From Caldisericia bacterium (GTDB taxonomy: Bacteria > Caldisericota > Caldisericia > UBA6126): DNA of 64,000 nt. Location of the stretch: positions 6,506 through 70,505 of the forward strand of contig JAGLCW010000105.1 in assembly GCA_023146045.1 (NCBI GenBank). Reading direction: 5' to 3'. A program made the translations under genes and the position numbers. Below, piece by piece: positions 1 through 8,604 of this stretch. The notes beneath the pieces are model-generated. The model was not told where the DNA came from and did no database searches. It saw nothing but the letters and a program-made list of their open reading frames with translations. Each line of letters begins with the position of its first letter. The stretch's first letter is position 1.

Positions 1-737
1 TGAACACAATGTGCCGCTATAGTTTTATTTTCAAAAAGTCCGATTTGTGCAAATTTTTCAATAGGTCTTAGCCCACTATTTTTTGAAGAAAACTCAGCAA
101 CTTCATTCAGTGTTTCGTTTAAATGGATATGTATCCCAGTATTAAGCGACTTTGCAGCTTCAGATATTTTTTCGAGAGTTTTAATTGAACAAGTGTATGG
201 AGCGTGTGGGCCAAAATAGACTTTAATTCTTCCACCAGCATCAATTTTAGTAGCATAAGAGCCATGAAGTCGAATTATCTGCTCAAGAACATTATCGGAA
301 GAAAAATCTGTTATTCCTGGTGATAAAATTGCTCTAATTCCTGATTTAACTATTGCATCTGCAGTTTGATCAGCAAAAAAATACATATCATTGAAAAAAG
401 TGCAACCAGAATGTATGAGCTCTGCAATGCCTTGTAGGGAACCATAATAAACTGCCTCTTCGGTTAGATTTTTTTCAGCTGGAAAGATTTTTGTTTCCAA
501 CCATTCCTTAAGAGGTAGATCATCAGCAAAACCTCTAAAAAGTGTCATTGCTATATGAGTGTGCGTATTCATTAGACCAGGAATAAGGAGTTTATTCTTT
601 CCTGATATTATTTCTTCAGAACCATTTTTCCTTAATGGGACAGAAGATATTTTAGCTATTTTGTTTCCGCTAATTCTTATGTGACCATCAACCAAACAAT
701 TGTTTGCATCAATATATTTAACATTTTCAAGTAACAT
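1..737 (-). CDS. Amidohydrolase-family protein (MtaD/SsnA/chlorohydrolase-like metal-dependent deaminase). 5'-partial in window; the N-terminus is at 737 and the C-terminus runs off the window start.
   Basis: Minus-strand translation from the ATG at 737 reads MLLENVKYIDANNCLVDGHIRISGNK...PGLMNTHTHIAMTLFRG... The HxH metal-binding motif and overall pattern match amidohydrolase superfamily deaminases. A GAGGTGAG RBS sits 5 nt upstream of the start. Absent from the ORF track because no stop falls inside the window. Confidence 0.65.
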   Translation of the reverse strand, partial: MLLENVKYIDANNCLVDGHIRISGNKIAKISSVPLRKNGSEEIISGKNKLLIPGLMNTHTHIAMTLFRGFADDLPLKEWLETKIFPAEKNLTEEAVYYGSLQGIAELIHSGCTFFNDMYFFADQTADAIVKSGIRAILSPGITDFSSDNVLEQIIRLHGSYATKIDAGGRIKVYFGPHAPYTCSIKTLEKISEAAKSLNTGIHIHLNETLNEVAEFSSKNSGLRPIEKFAQIGLFENKTIAAHCV

Positions 738-781
738 ACTCACCTCAGATTAATCGTAGGGCAGACACCAACGAGTATCTT

Positions 782-2554
782 TTACCCGAAACCACCACCA
801 GAACCTCCACCTCCACCAGAGAAGCCTCCTCCTCCAGAAAAACCACCACCAGAACCACTACCACTACTCCAGTTTGAAGTATTGCTTGATGCATTAGTGG
901 ATCCAAGTGAATTTGAAAGTTGGCTTATTGCTATAGGTGTAAAAATGTACAGATTGTTATTAAACAGAGTTCCATTTGTAGAATCACTAAGTTCTGGTAA
1001 TTTTAATTTTAAAGCTTTTTCTACTTTCCTACTTATCCTAAACACTGTCGCATAAATCAAAAATCTTTCCCATATGATGACAGAATCTGGTCCATATTCT
1101 TTTAGATTACTAAAATCGTTCATAAAGTTTCTGAATGCTTTCCATTTAACAAACTCTGTTTTGCCCTCTTTTGTTCTTTTTCTTATTGTATGACCGAACA
1201 CTACATAAATAAATCCTGGAATTAAGAGAAGCAAGAAGAGTGATGAAAAGCCCACTAAAATAAAAAGTGCTGTAAACATGATTATCCAACCAAAAACTAA
1301 AACAAAACTGTAAACAGACATTGATTTTTTATCTATCCATGCCTTTTCCTCTGTTGCTTTTTCGATTTGTTCTCTAAATTTTCTATATGAAGCCGCATAG
1401 ACTGTTTTTTTTCTACTAAAGTTTTTGTTTAGATCTTTTGTTGAAATGGAATCAATATTGTTTCTGAAAAGAATATCTTTTAGTAGTATTTTTTCAAATT
1501 TGTTAACATTCGCACTTTTATCTATCCATGTAATGATTGCATTATTCTTTTTTCCTGTTGATTTGTATTTAATAATTTTTCTGTGGATTAAATCCATTAT
1601 TGTGGCAGAAATATTGTTGTTTTTGAATTTGTTGTAGTAATAGAGCATTCCGACTAAAGCTGGTGGTGTATCATTTGGTGGTTCTCTGTAATATGGTATT
1701 TCCATTGCATAAGGTTCTTTACCGTACTTTAAATATAGGAATAAAAATAAAAGCAATAGTAAAATGGTGACGCTTATTGCCGTTGCCTTGGTTTTTTGTC
1801 TTAGAAAGTTTGATTTGTTTGCTAGCTTTGATTCTTCTTTTACTGCTGATTCAAGTATTGTGCCTTTTTTAACTGGAAGATTTGAAAAATAACTTGCTGG
1901 TAGCAAAACTCTAGCGTGAACTACTTCAGAGGAATATAAGTTTGGGCAAGACATGTGAGCATGGTATTGATCCACTTGTTCAAAATTACCTTGGCTTGGT
2001 CCATGTACCCAAATATAGTAATTCTCTATTGGAACTGCCTCTGTCCATTTAACATCAGCTTCAAATAAATCAGATCCAATCTCCCACTCTTTTCCCTGAA
2101 GTTGCCATGAAAATTCACCAAAATCTTCGTACAAACTAATACTTCCCTCTATCGTGTATGAAAAAGTAATAGTTTTTTCTTCATATGAAAAAATAGAATA
2201 GTAGTAGACAGTGTATTTATTGTTTTTGTCTTCAATAAAAAAAGTACCGTTTTCTTTTGTATCTTGAGAAGCTTGTGTAAATTTTACTCCATCTACCATA
2301 ACGGTGAAATTTGAAAGTTCTGAAAAACCATTTTTTGGGAGATTAAAAAACCCATAAGAAAAATCACCGTCAAAGTAAAAATTCCTACTTTCTGTAAAAT
2401 AAACATCACCATTTTTTTCTATCTGAGCAGAAATGTTTGTGGAATGGCAATAGACAGATTTTGCCTGAGCTACTTCGTAGGTTGGTTCAATAAAAACAAT
2501 GCACAAAGATAGTGCCATTAACAGGATACTTAATTTAGAAAGAATCTTCTTCAT
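782..2554 (-). CDS. DUF2207-like predicted membrane protein with signal peptide, internal TM segments and a Gly/Ser-rich C-terminal tail
   Basis: N-terminal signal peptide (MKKILSKLSILLMALSLCIVF). Hydrophobic segments occur mid-protein. The C-terminus is ...GSGSGGGFSGGGGFSGGGGGSGGGFG. This architecture resembles the DUF2207 family. Confidence 0.5.
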   Translation of the reverse strand: MKKILSKLSILLMALSLCIVFIEPTYEVAQAKSVYCHSTNISAQIEKNGDVYFTESRNFYFDGDFSYGFFNLPKNGFSELSNFTVMVDGVKFTQASQDTKENGTFFIEDKNNKYTVYYYSIFSYEEKTITFSYTIEGSISLYEDFGEFSWQLQGKEWEIGSDLFEADVKWTEAVPIENYYIWVHGPSQGNFEQVDQYHAHMSCPNLYSSEVVHARVLLPASYFSNLPVKKGTILESAVKEESKLANKSNFLRQKTKATAISVTILLLLLFLFLYLKYGKEPYAMEIPYYREPPNDTPPALVGMLYYYNKFKNNNISATIMDLIHRKIIKYKSTGKKNNAIITWIDKSANVNKFEKILLKDILFRNNIDSISTKDLNKNFSRKKTVYAASYRKFREQIEKATEEKAWIDKKSMSVYSFVLVFGWIIMFTALFILVGFSSLFLLLLIPGFIYVVFGHTIRKRTKEGKTEFVKWKAFRNFMNDFSNLKEYGPDSVIIWERFLIYATVFRISRKVEKALKLKLPELSDSTNGTLFNNNLYIFTPIAISQLSNSLGSTNASSNTSNWSSGSGSGGGFSGGGGFSGGGGGSGGGFG

Positions 2555-2599
2555 AATTTCTCCTAATAGTAAAGTTGAATCGTAAAAGTCGTGAAAAAG

Positions 2600-3532
2600 T
2601 TAATGAGCTATTCCTACTAATTCCCTTAAAGAAATTGCGTTTTGAGAACAATATGCAGAAAGTGAGTTAATAATATTTGGCATAGCAAAAGGATCTATTA
2701 GGTTTGCTGTACCAATCTCACAAATAGATGCACCAGCCATAATAAACTCTAAAACATCTGATGAAGTCATAATTCCACCACAACCAATGATTGGAAGGTT
2801 TGGATTAAAGCTATAAGCTTCCCAAACAGCTCTTAGTGCAATTGGTTTTATAGCAGGTCCAGAAAGTCCAGCAATAGTTTTTTTAAAGAATGGTTTTTTG
2901 TTTACAACATCAATTGCCAAACCTCTTACGGTGTTACCAAGACAAACAGCATCAAAACCTTCATCAGAAATTATTCGTATAGCTTCATCTAATGGATTAG
3001 TTTCAAGTGCAATTTTTGCAATTAAAAAAGAATTGGAACATTTTCTTACTTTGTGTAAAGTTTCTTTTAGAGTATTTTGATTTTGACAAAACTGTACTCC
3101 ACCGGCGTGTATATTCGGACAAGATACATTTACTTCAATTGCATCTATTGGAAAACCATTTAAACTTTCAGCTAGATCTACAAACTCTTGAGTTGTGAAT
3201 CCAGATATACTTACCCATTTTTTAGTTTTAAGAGTTGTTAAAAAAGGTAGTATTTCTTTTTTAAACCAATCAATTCCTTTGTTTTCCAATCCTACAGAAT
3301 TCATTATTCCAAATGGTGTTTCGAAGATTCTAGGTTGTGGATTCCCTGTCCTAGATTCTAAAGTTACACTTTTACTTAGAACAGCACCTAATACATTTAT
3401 GTCATAGAATGACTGAAATTTTTTACCATTCCCAAATGTTCCACTAGCAGGGACAATTGGATTTGACATAACCATAGAACCTAATCTTGACTCAAGTTTT
3501 GTGTTTATGCTATCCATTATAGACTCTCCCAC
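2600..3532 (-). CDS. pyrD: Dihydroorotate dehydrogenase, class 1B catalytic subunit
   Basis: 310 aa. Typical PyrD segments are present (IVPASGTFG..., NSVGLENKGIDWF, VSCPN, GGI..). It overlaps pyrK upstream and lies next to pyrC. Confidence 0.85.
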   Translation of the reverse strand: MGESIMDSINTKLESRLGSMVMSNPIVPASGTFGNGKKFQSFYDINVLGAVLSKSVTLESRTGNPQPRIFETPFGIMNSVGLENKGIDWFKKEILPFLTTLKTKKWVSISGFTTQEFVDLAESLNGFPIDAIEVNVSCPNIHAGGVQFCQNQNTLKETLHKVRKCSNSFLIAKIALETNPLDEAIRIISDEGFDAVCLGNTVRGLAIDVVNKKPFFKKTIAGLSGPAIKPIALRAVWEAYSFNPNLPIIGCGGIMTSSDVLEFIMAGASICEIGTANLIDPFAMPNIINSLSAYCSQNAISLRELVGIAH

Positions 3533-4293
3533 ACGACAGTTTCTCCATTAAATACTGGACCATCTGAACAAACTGTTTTTTGCCCGGAAGTTGTTTTGAA
3601 AGAACACCCTAGACAAACACCAAAGCCACAAGCCATTCGAGCCTCGAGAGAAACCTCAATAGGTATTTTATTTTTCCAGTTTTCAGTAATTTTGTTCATC
3701 ATTATCGTAGGACCACATGTATATATCTTTGAAGGAGTGAGAGTAGAGTTTTCTTTGTAAGCATCAAGTATTGTACCTTGGAATTCTTCTACATTGCTAA
3801 CAGTATTCCAATCAGAGTGGAAATGGAACTTCACATTTGATCCAGTCCAATTGTCAATTGGACCTCTTTCATTTTTTCTAGATGTGCCGTACCAAAGATC
3901 AAAATGGCAATCTGGAAATTTTTTTGTTAAAAAAAATAGTGGAGCAATTCCAACTCCTCCACCAATCAATAAATTAACTCCACTTGAAGTAGGTGTGGAG
4001 AAATAATTGCCACATGGTATCAGTAGTTCAAGTTCTCTTGAAGCTTTCATTTGAGAAAGATTCAATGTTCCCTTTCCCACTACTTTGTACAAAATATCAA
4101 TTGTGTCATTGTATGCATTCATTATGCTAAATGGTCTTTTTAACAGAGTTACTTCATTTCCAGTACAAGCTAATTGTATAAATTGACCTGGTAATATTTC
4201 AGATACCTGTTCTTTGAGTTTTAATTTAAGAAGATAAATAGAAGAAGCTAGTTTTTCATTCGATAATATAGTGCTATTAGTTTTCTCGATCAT
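3517..4293 (-). CDS. pyrK: Dihydroorotate dehydrogenase electron-transfer subunit (FAD/[2Fe-2S])
   Basis: 258 aa. A C-terminal Cys cluster (CGFGVCLGCSFKT...CSDGPVF) is typical of PyrK. It overlaps pyrD and pyrC by a few codons. Confidence 0.8.
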   Translation of the reverse strand: MIEKTNSTILSNEKLASSIYLLKLKLKEQVSEILPGQFIQLACTGNEVTLLKRPFSIMNAYNDTIDILYKVVGKGTLNLSQMKASRELELLIPCGNYFSTPTSSGVNLLIGGGVGIAPLFFLTKKFPDCHFDLWYGTSRKNERGPIDNWTGSNVKFHFHSDWNTVSNVEEFQGTILDAYKENSTLTPSKIYTCGPTIMMNKITENWKNKIPIEVSLEARMACGFGVCLGCSFKTTSGQKTVCSDGPVFNGETVVWESL

Positions 4294-5605
4294 ATACTAT
4301 TGCTCCCTCCGATATAGTTTTCAGCACTCTACCACTTAGGGTTTTTCCAATAAATGGAGAGTTATTGCTTTTTGATGCAAAAGCATCTTTTACTGTCCAC
4401 TTATGTAAATCTACAATTGAAATGTCACCTACGAAGCCAGGTTTAATGTAACCTGAATTTTCTAAATGTAGTAATGATGCCGGTTTGTGCGTTAGCATTG
4501 ATACAAGTTGTGGAAATGAAATCCATCCTGGAATCACCAACGATGAATAAAGGGCTCCAAATGCTGTTTCGAATGCAATTGCTCCAAATGGAGCGTTTGT
4601 AAATCCTGTGTCTTTTTCCTTAGCTGAATGAGGGGCATGGTCTGTTGCAAAGCACTCTATTAAACCTTGACGAATAGCTTCTTTTAGGGCATTTTGATCA
4701 TGTATTGATCGAATTGGTGGATTAACTTTAAAATTAGTTGAAGTACCGTCTATGTCTTTGTCTGAGAAAAAAAGATGATGTGGGGTTGTGTCTGCCGAGA
4801 ATTTGTAGTTTGATTGGGCTAATCCGATTAGAACATCAATGGACTGTTTAGAGGATAGATGTGTGAAATGTGGTGAGTAGTCTACTTCATGGGAAATGAT
4901 TAGGTCTCTAGCAACGCATACAGATTCAGATGAGCTTGAAATACCTGGTAAATTTAGTTTTTTTGATTTTTCTCCATCGTGAATAACTCCTTTATTTACA
5001 AGAGATAAGTTTTCTTCGTGCAATAATAGAAGAAAACCAGCTTTCTTTGCCAAAGAAGCTGCTTCTTTAAATAATTGAGGATTGTTGAATCCACATCCAT
5101 CGTCAGAAAAAACTATTGGAGTATCATGTTTGTCTCCACTTGATACCAATTTGGATGATTTTAAAAAGATTTCAGAGAGTATTTCTCCAGAAAACTTTTC
5201 TGTTATTGCTCCAGCTTGAGATATTTTTATAACTCCTTCTGTTTTTTGATGAGAAGATGTACTCTTCCATAACTCGTAAGTATCGATAATTGGAGAAGTA
5301 TTCGCCATTGCTACTACATATGTAAAACCACCTGCAGCAGCAGACTTTGTTCCAGTAAGTGTAGTTTCTTTGTGAGTTTGACCAGGATCTCTTAAATGGC
5401 AATGAATATCGATGAATCCAGGGAGAACAAATTTATCAGTTGCATCAACAGATTCAATGTTCTTATCTTCTGAAATGTTGTTGCCTTCTAAACAGTCGCT
5501 CAAATTTGAAATGTATCCATTTTTAATGAGAACGTCTTTTTTTACAAAACCATGTTGTGCATCAATAAAAACATTACCACCCTTGATAATGATGTCATTT
5601 TTCAT
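4277..5605 (-). CDS. pyrC: Dihydroorotase (cyclic amidohydrolase)
   Basis: 442 aa. The DIHCHLRDPGQTHKET motif (DxHxHxRxPG) matches type I dihydroorotase. It is first in a pyrC-pyrK-pyrD minus-strand operon. Confidence 0.8.
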   Translation of the reverse strand: MKNDIIIKGGNVFIDAQHGFVKKDVLIKNGYISNLSDCLEGNNISEDKNIESVDATDKFVLPGFIDIHCHLRDPGQTHKETTLTGTKSAAAGGFTYVVAMANTSPIIDTYELWKSTSSHQKTEGVIKISQAGAITEKFSGEILSEIFLKSSKLVSSGDKHDTPIVFSDDGCGFNNPQLFKEAASLAKKAGFLLLLHEENLSLVNKGVIHDGEKSKKLNLPGISSSSESVCVARDLIISHEVDYSPHFTHLSSKQSIDVLIGLAQSNYKFSADTTPHHLFFSDKDIDGTSTNFKVNPPIRSIHDQNALKEAIRQGLIECFATDHAPHSAKEKDTGFTNAPFGAIAFETAFGALYSSLVIPGWISFPQLVSMLTHKPASLLHLENSGYIKPGFVGDISIVDLHKWTVKDAFASKSNNSPFIGKTLSGRVLKTISEGAIVYDREN

Positions 5606-5868
5606 AGCTAATCCTCTTCTTTATTAACAATTTGTGTTTTATTATAATATATAAGTGCCAATATGTGCATATGTTTCGTAGAAAAGAGGATAACATATTT
5701 TTCAACTTCATTAAGGGCAAACGAGGCAATTGAAATAGCAGAAATATACTGTTCCCATCTAAAACACAGAACGGTTCAATATTTTGGGCAATAGTGCTTT
5801 TTACTCTTTTAACTACTGTTGTTTTGATATGGATACTTAGAAAAAAAGACCTTCTTTAGGAGAGTATT

Positions 5869-6567
5869 ATGACTGAAAACAAAAAAAAACTTTTTAGAAT
5901 AATTTTCGCAGTGACCATTATTGTTATTGGGATTTTAATATTGATTCAAAAAAACTTTCACAACGCGAATGTGTGGATATACATATGGCCGTTTATCCCA
6001 GTTGTTTTAGGGTTTATGATGATTAGATATGCTGATTCTTTGAATGTTAGTGGGAAAAAGTTTTTTTGTATTTTTGGAAGCATGGTTTCTATGGCTGGAT
6101 TACTTCTTCTGTTTAGTATTATTACGAACTATTGGAAGATTTGGTACTATGGATGGACTTTAATCATTCCAATCAGTTATGGAATTGGTAAAAATATTGT
6201 TGGACTATACTCAAAAGAAAAAATCTATCGTGGACAAGGTAACAGAACTATTTTTTTAGGAGTTATTTTTTTTATTTTGGGTTTTGGTATTTATGAATAC
6301 ATGTTTCAATTTAACAGAATTATGGAGAATTCTTTCAGTAAAATAACGCTGGGATATATTTTTGTTTGTTTTGGAATTTACTTACTTGTACCTAGGCAGT
6401 TTAATTCAAAGAGCATTTTTGATGAAAAGAATTGGAACTTCATAAAAAGAAGAGAAGAAAGTGAAGAGGAAATTGACGAAGTTGAAATAGCTACTGAAAA
6501 ATTCAAAGACGATGATGAAAATGAAACAACATATGATGGTGACGTAGAAGATTTTTTAACTAAATAA
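5869..6567 (+). CDS. Hypothetical polytopic membrane protein with acidic C-terminal tail
   Basis: Several hydrophobic helices. The C-terminus is very acidic (REESEEEIDEVEIATEKFKDDDENETTYDGDVEDF). An AGGAGAG RBS lies upstream. Confidence 0.5.
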   Translation: MTENKKKLFRIIFAVTIIVIGILILIQKNFHNANVWIYIWPFIPVVLGFMMIRYADSLNVSGKKFFCIFGSMVSMAGLLLLFSIITNYWKIWYYGWTLIIPISYGIGKNIVGLYSKEKIYRGQGNRTIFLGVIFFILGFGIYEYMFQFNRIMENSFSKITLGYIFVCFGIYLLVPRQFNSKSIFDEKNWNFIKRREESEEEIDEVEIATEKFKDDDENETTYDGDVEDFLTK

Positions 6568-6599
6568 AAAAGCACCATACAAAACGCATAGTGCTTTTT
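6566..6599. terminator. Putative bidirectional rho-independent terminator hairpin between convergent genes
   Basis: aaaagcac...gtgctttt inverted repeat flanked by A/T runs. It lies between the stop at 6567 (+) and the stop at 6625 (-). AT-rich, so a weak stem. Confidence 0.3.
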
Positions 6600-6624
6600 A
6601 AAACTATCTGTGATGGAAAAGTTA

Positions 6625-7809
6625 TTATTCTGGTTTTTCGACATCGCCTTTCCATCCTGCGTAACCATTGATTAGTGATTTTACATTCTTATACCCTGCA
6701 TTAACGACATACTCAGCAGCTTGTTTCGAGTATGTACCAGTTTTACAGTAAAGTACTATGCACAAGTTTTCAGTTTCTGACGTAGCTTTTTCAAGTTCAA
6801 CCGGAAGAACTTCTACAAAAATATTTTTTGCTCCTGCTACGTGATCTCTGTCATAAGATTCTTGATCGCGTACATCTAAAATCATAAAGTCTTCATCTGT
6901 GTCCATTAGTTTTTGTAAATCAGTACCGCTTATTTCAGTCCAAAAACAAACACATTCATTCTCTTGTATTGGTACTTCTTTTGGGTATTCAATGCCAATT
7001 GTATTTGGTGGTGTCCAGAATACATCTGCTCCTAATGTTTCGGAAACAAAACGTAAAGGCACCAAAGTTCTGCCATCTTTAATAAACGGGGCAACATCTA
7101 GTGTCTGCTGTATCTTTTCACGGTTAATTTCTGTTACTGCATCTGTAGATCCAATAGCAAGAGTAATAGTTGATTTGCCTATTTTGTAGCTTACAGTATC
7201 AACTTTTTTTGTTTCTGAAGACATTGTAAATGAAACATCTGCTCCAAGTTGTTCACCAATCCATCTAAAAGGAACAAGTGTTCTTCCATTAATAACAACT
7301 GGTGGTGTACTTAGTATTTCTGGTTTTTCGTTAACAATTGCATCTGCATTGTCTGTGTGCATTACTATTTTTGTACTTGGCATTGCTTTGACAAAAACAT
7401 TGACTATTGAAGATAATTTTGAATTTTCAATAGACCCGATAAGAATTTTTGCGCTTACTATTTTTTCAGGTTCTGAAGTTTCGTTACAAAATACTCTAAT
7501 GCCTAATGTACCTTTTTGTTCAGCTGAAAATGGTCCAACGTCATATTTTTCTTGTACAGAGAAACCATTAATTTCAATTTTCATATCAAAACCTTTTGGT
7601 AGTTTTCTTGTTATGGAAACTGTGTACTTGCTTTCGCCTTCAAATAGGTTGGTAAAAGGTACTTCTACGTATGAAGTGGAGCCACATACAACAGGAATCA
7701 TGAAGTTTGATTGTGGAATAATTTTTTCCACAGCTGTAAATCCTTCAGAAGGAAACAAAGCAAAAGTTCCAATGATCATAGAAAGAACGACAACAAAAAA
7801 TTTCTTCAT
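6625..7809 (-). CDS. Secreted protein with two copper-amine-oxidase N-terminal-like (CAO-N) repeat domains and a C-terminal rhodanese domain
   Basis: Signal peptide MKKFFVVVLSMIIGTFALF. Two repeats are seen (NGRTLVPFRWIGEQLGADVSF and DGRTLVPLRFVSETLGADVFW). The C-terminus is ...MILDVRDQESYDRDHVAGAKNIF...LYCKTGTYS..., a rhodanese fold with a catalytic Cys loop. Confidence 0.6.
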   Translation of the reverse strand: MKKFFVVVLSMIIGTFALFPSEGFTAVEKIIPQSNFMIPVVCGSTSYVEVPFTNLFEGESKYTVSITRKLPKGFDMKIEINGFSVQEKYDVGPFSAEQKGTLGIRVFCNETSEPEKIVSAKILIGSIENSKLSSIVNVFVKAMPSTKIVMHTDNADAIVNEKPEILSTPPVVINGRTLVPFRWIGEQLGADVSFTMSSETKKVDTVSYKIGKSTITLAIGSTDAVTEINREKIQQTLDVAPFIKDGRTLVPLRFVSETLGADVFWTPPNTIGIEYPKEVPIQENECVCFWTEISGTDLQKLMDTDEDFMILDVRDQESYDRDHVAGAKNIFVEVLPVELEKATSETENLCIVLYCKTGTYSKQAAEYVVNAGYKNVKSLINGYAGWKGDVEKPE

Positions 7810-7846
7810 AAAAACCCCTTTTTAATAAAATTATTTAAAAAAAACG

Positions 7847-8446
7847 TCAATCATCAATGCTAATTTGTTCATTTTCTTCAGAAAAAGAGGATATTAAATC
7901 CTTCGTTTTCTGTAATTCTTTTGCACCAATTGTAAGCTCATTCATACATTTTTCAGTTAATTCCTTGTCACTATTTTCTAAAGCCTGTGGAATATTCTCT
8001 ATCATGTAGTCAAAATGGCTAATTGCTTTAATGTATTGATTGTGTATATTTATCATATCCTCTGGAGGGGTAATTGAATTTGATTCTATAACCAATAGTT
8101 TCATTGAAACTAGCTCAACCAGAATATTTTCTCTCCAACTGTTTGTATTCTGAGATGATTGGAGTACATGATAGAAATTTGAAAACAAAGTAGCCCATTG
8201 GTCGGTTTGATGTTCTAATTCACTAACATACAAAAAATCTGGATTGTTTAAAAGAGAATTTAACATTTCTTCTTTATTTTTCATTTCTTCTGTTTGCTGA
8301 ATTGAATTTTGTTTGTGGAGTATTGAGTGTGAGTTAACCTGGAAAACAATGAATGTAATATTTAAAGTCGCAATGAATACTAATAGCCATATCCACCATT
8401 CTTTGTACCATTTTTGATTATTGTTTTTTTCTTTTAACGTTTTCAT
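7847..8446 (-). CDS. Hypothetical membrane-anchored protein
   Basis: N-terminal TM (WWIWLLVFIATLNITFIVF). The rest is hydrophilic. No recognisable motif. Confidence 0.4.
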   Translation of the reverse strand: MKTLKEKNNNQKWYKEWWIWLLVFIATLNITFIVFQVNSHSILHKQNSIQQTEEMKNKEEMLNSLLNNPDFLYVSELEHQTDQWATLFSNFYHVLQSSQNTNSWRENILVELVSMKLLVIESNSITPPEDMINIHNQYIKAISHFDYMIENIPQALENSDKELTEKCMNELTIGAKELQKTKDLISSFSEENEQISIDD

Positions 8447-8604
8447 AATTACCTCAATTTAAAGTATACATCTCTCAATAATATCTTTACATTCACCTAG
8501 TTAAAAATATACTTCTTTTTTTGTAGAAGTTATGTAATTTTTTTGGTTTTAAAAAGTATAGTGTGTGTTTGCTATGCTTTTAATAATATTTTGGAGGATT
8601 TTTT

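Noticed and set aside
1425-1637. Short ORFs (60-180 aa) on the opposite strand inside larger genes. Examples are 1425..1637, 2898..3407, 5172..5402, 9129..9380, 16436..17418, 22200..22739, 55903..58782 and 60117..61250.
   Set aside because: Each is fully embedded antisense or out of frame within a well-supported CDS. All have low-complexity, Ser/Leu/Phe-rich translations typical of AT-rich shadow ORFs, and none has an RBS.
5606-5868. Possible PyrR-binding attenuator in the leader of the pyrC-pyrK-pyrD operon.
   Set aside because: No UCCAGAGAGGCU-like motif or terminator/antiterminator alternative is visible on the minus strand. This is more likely a simple divergent promoter region.
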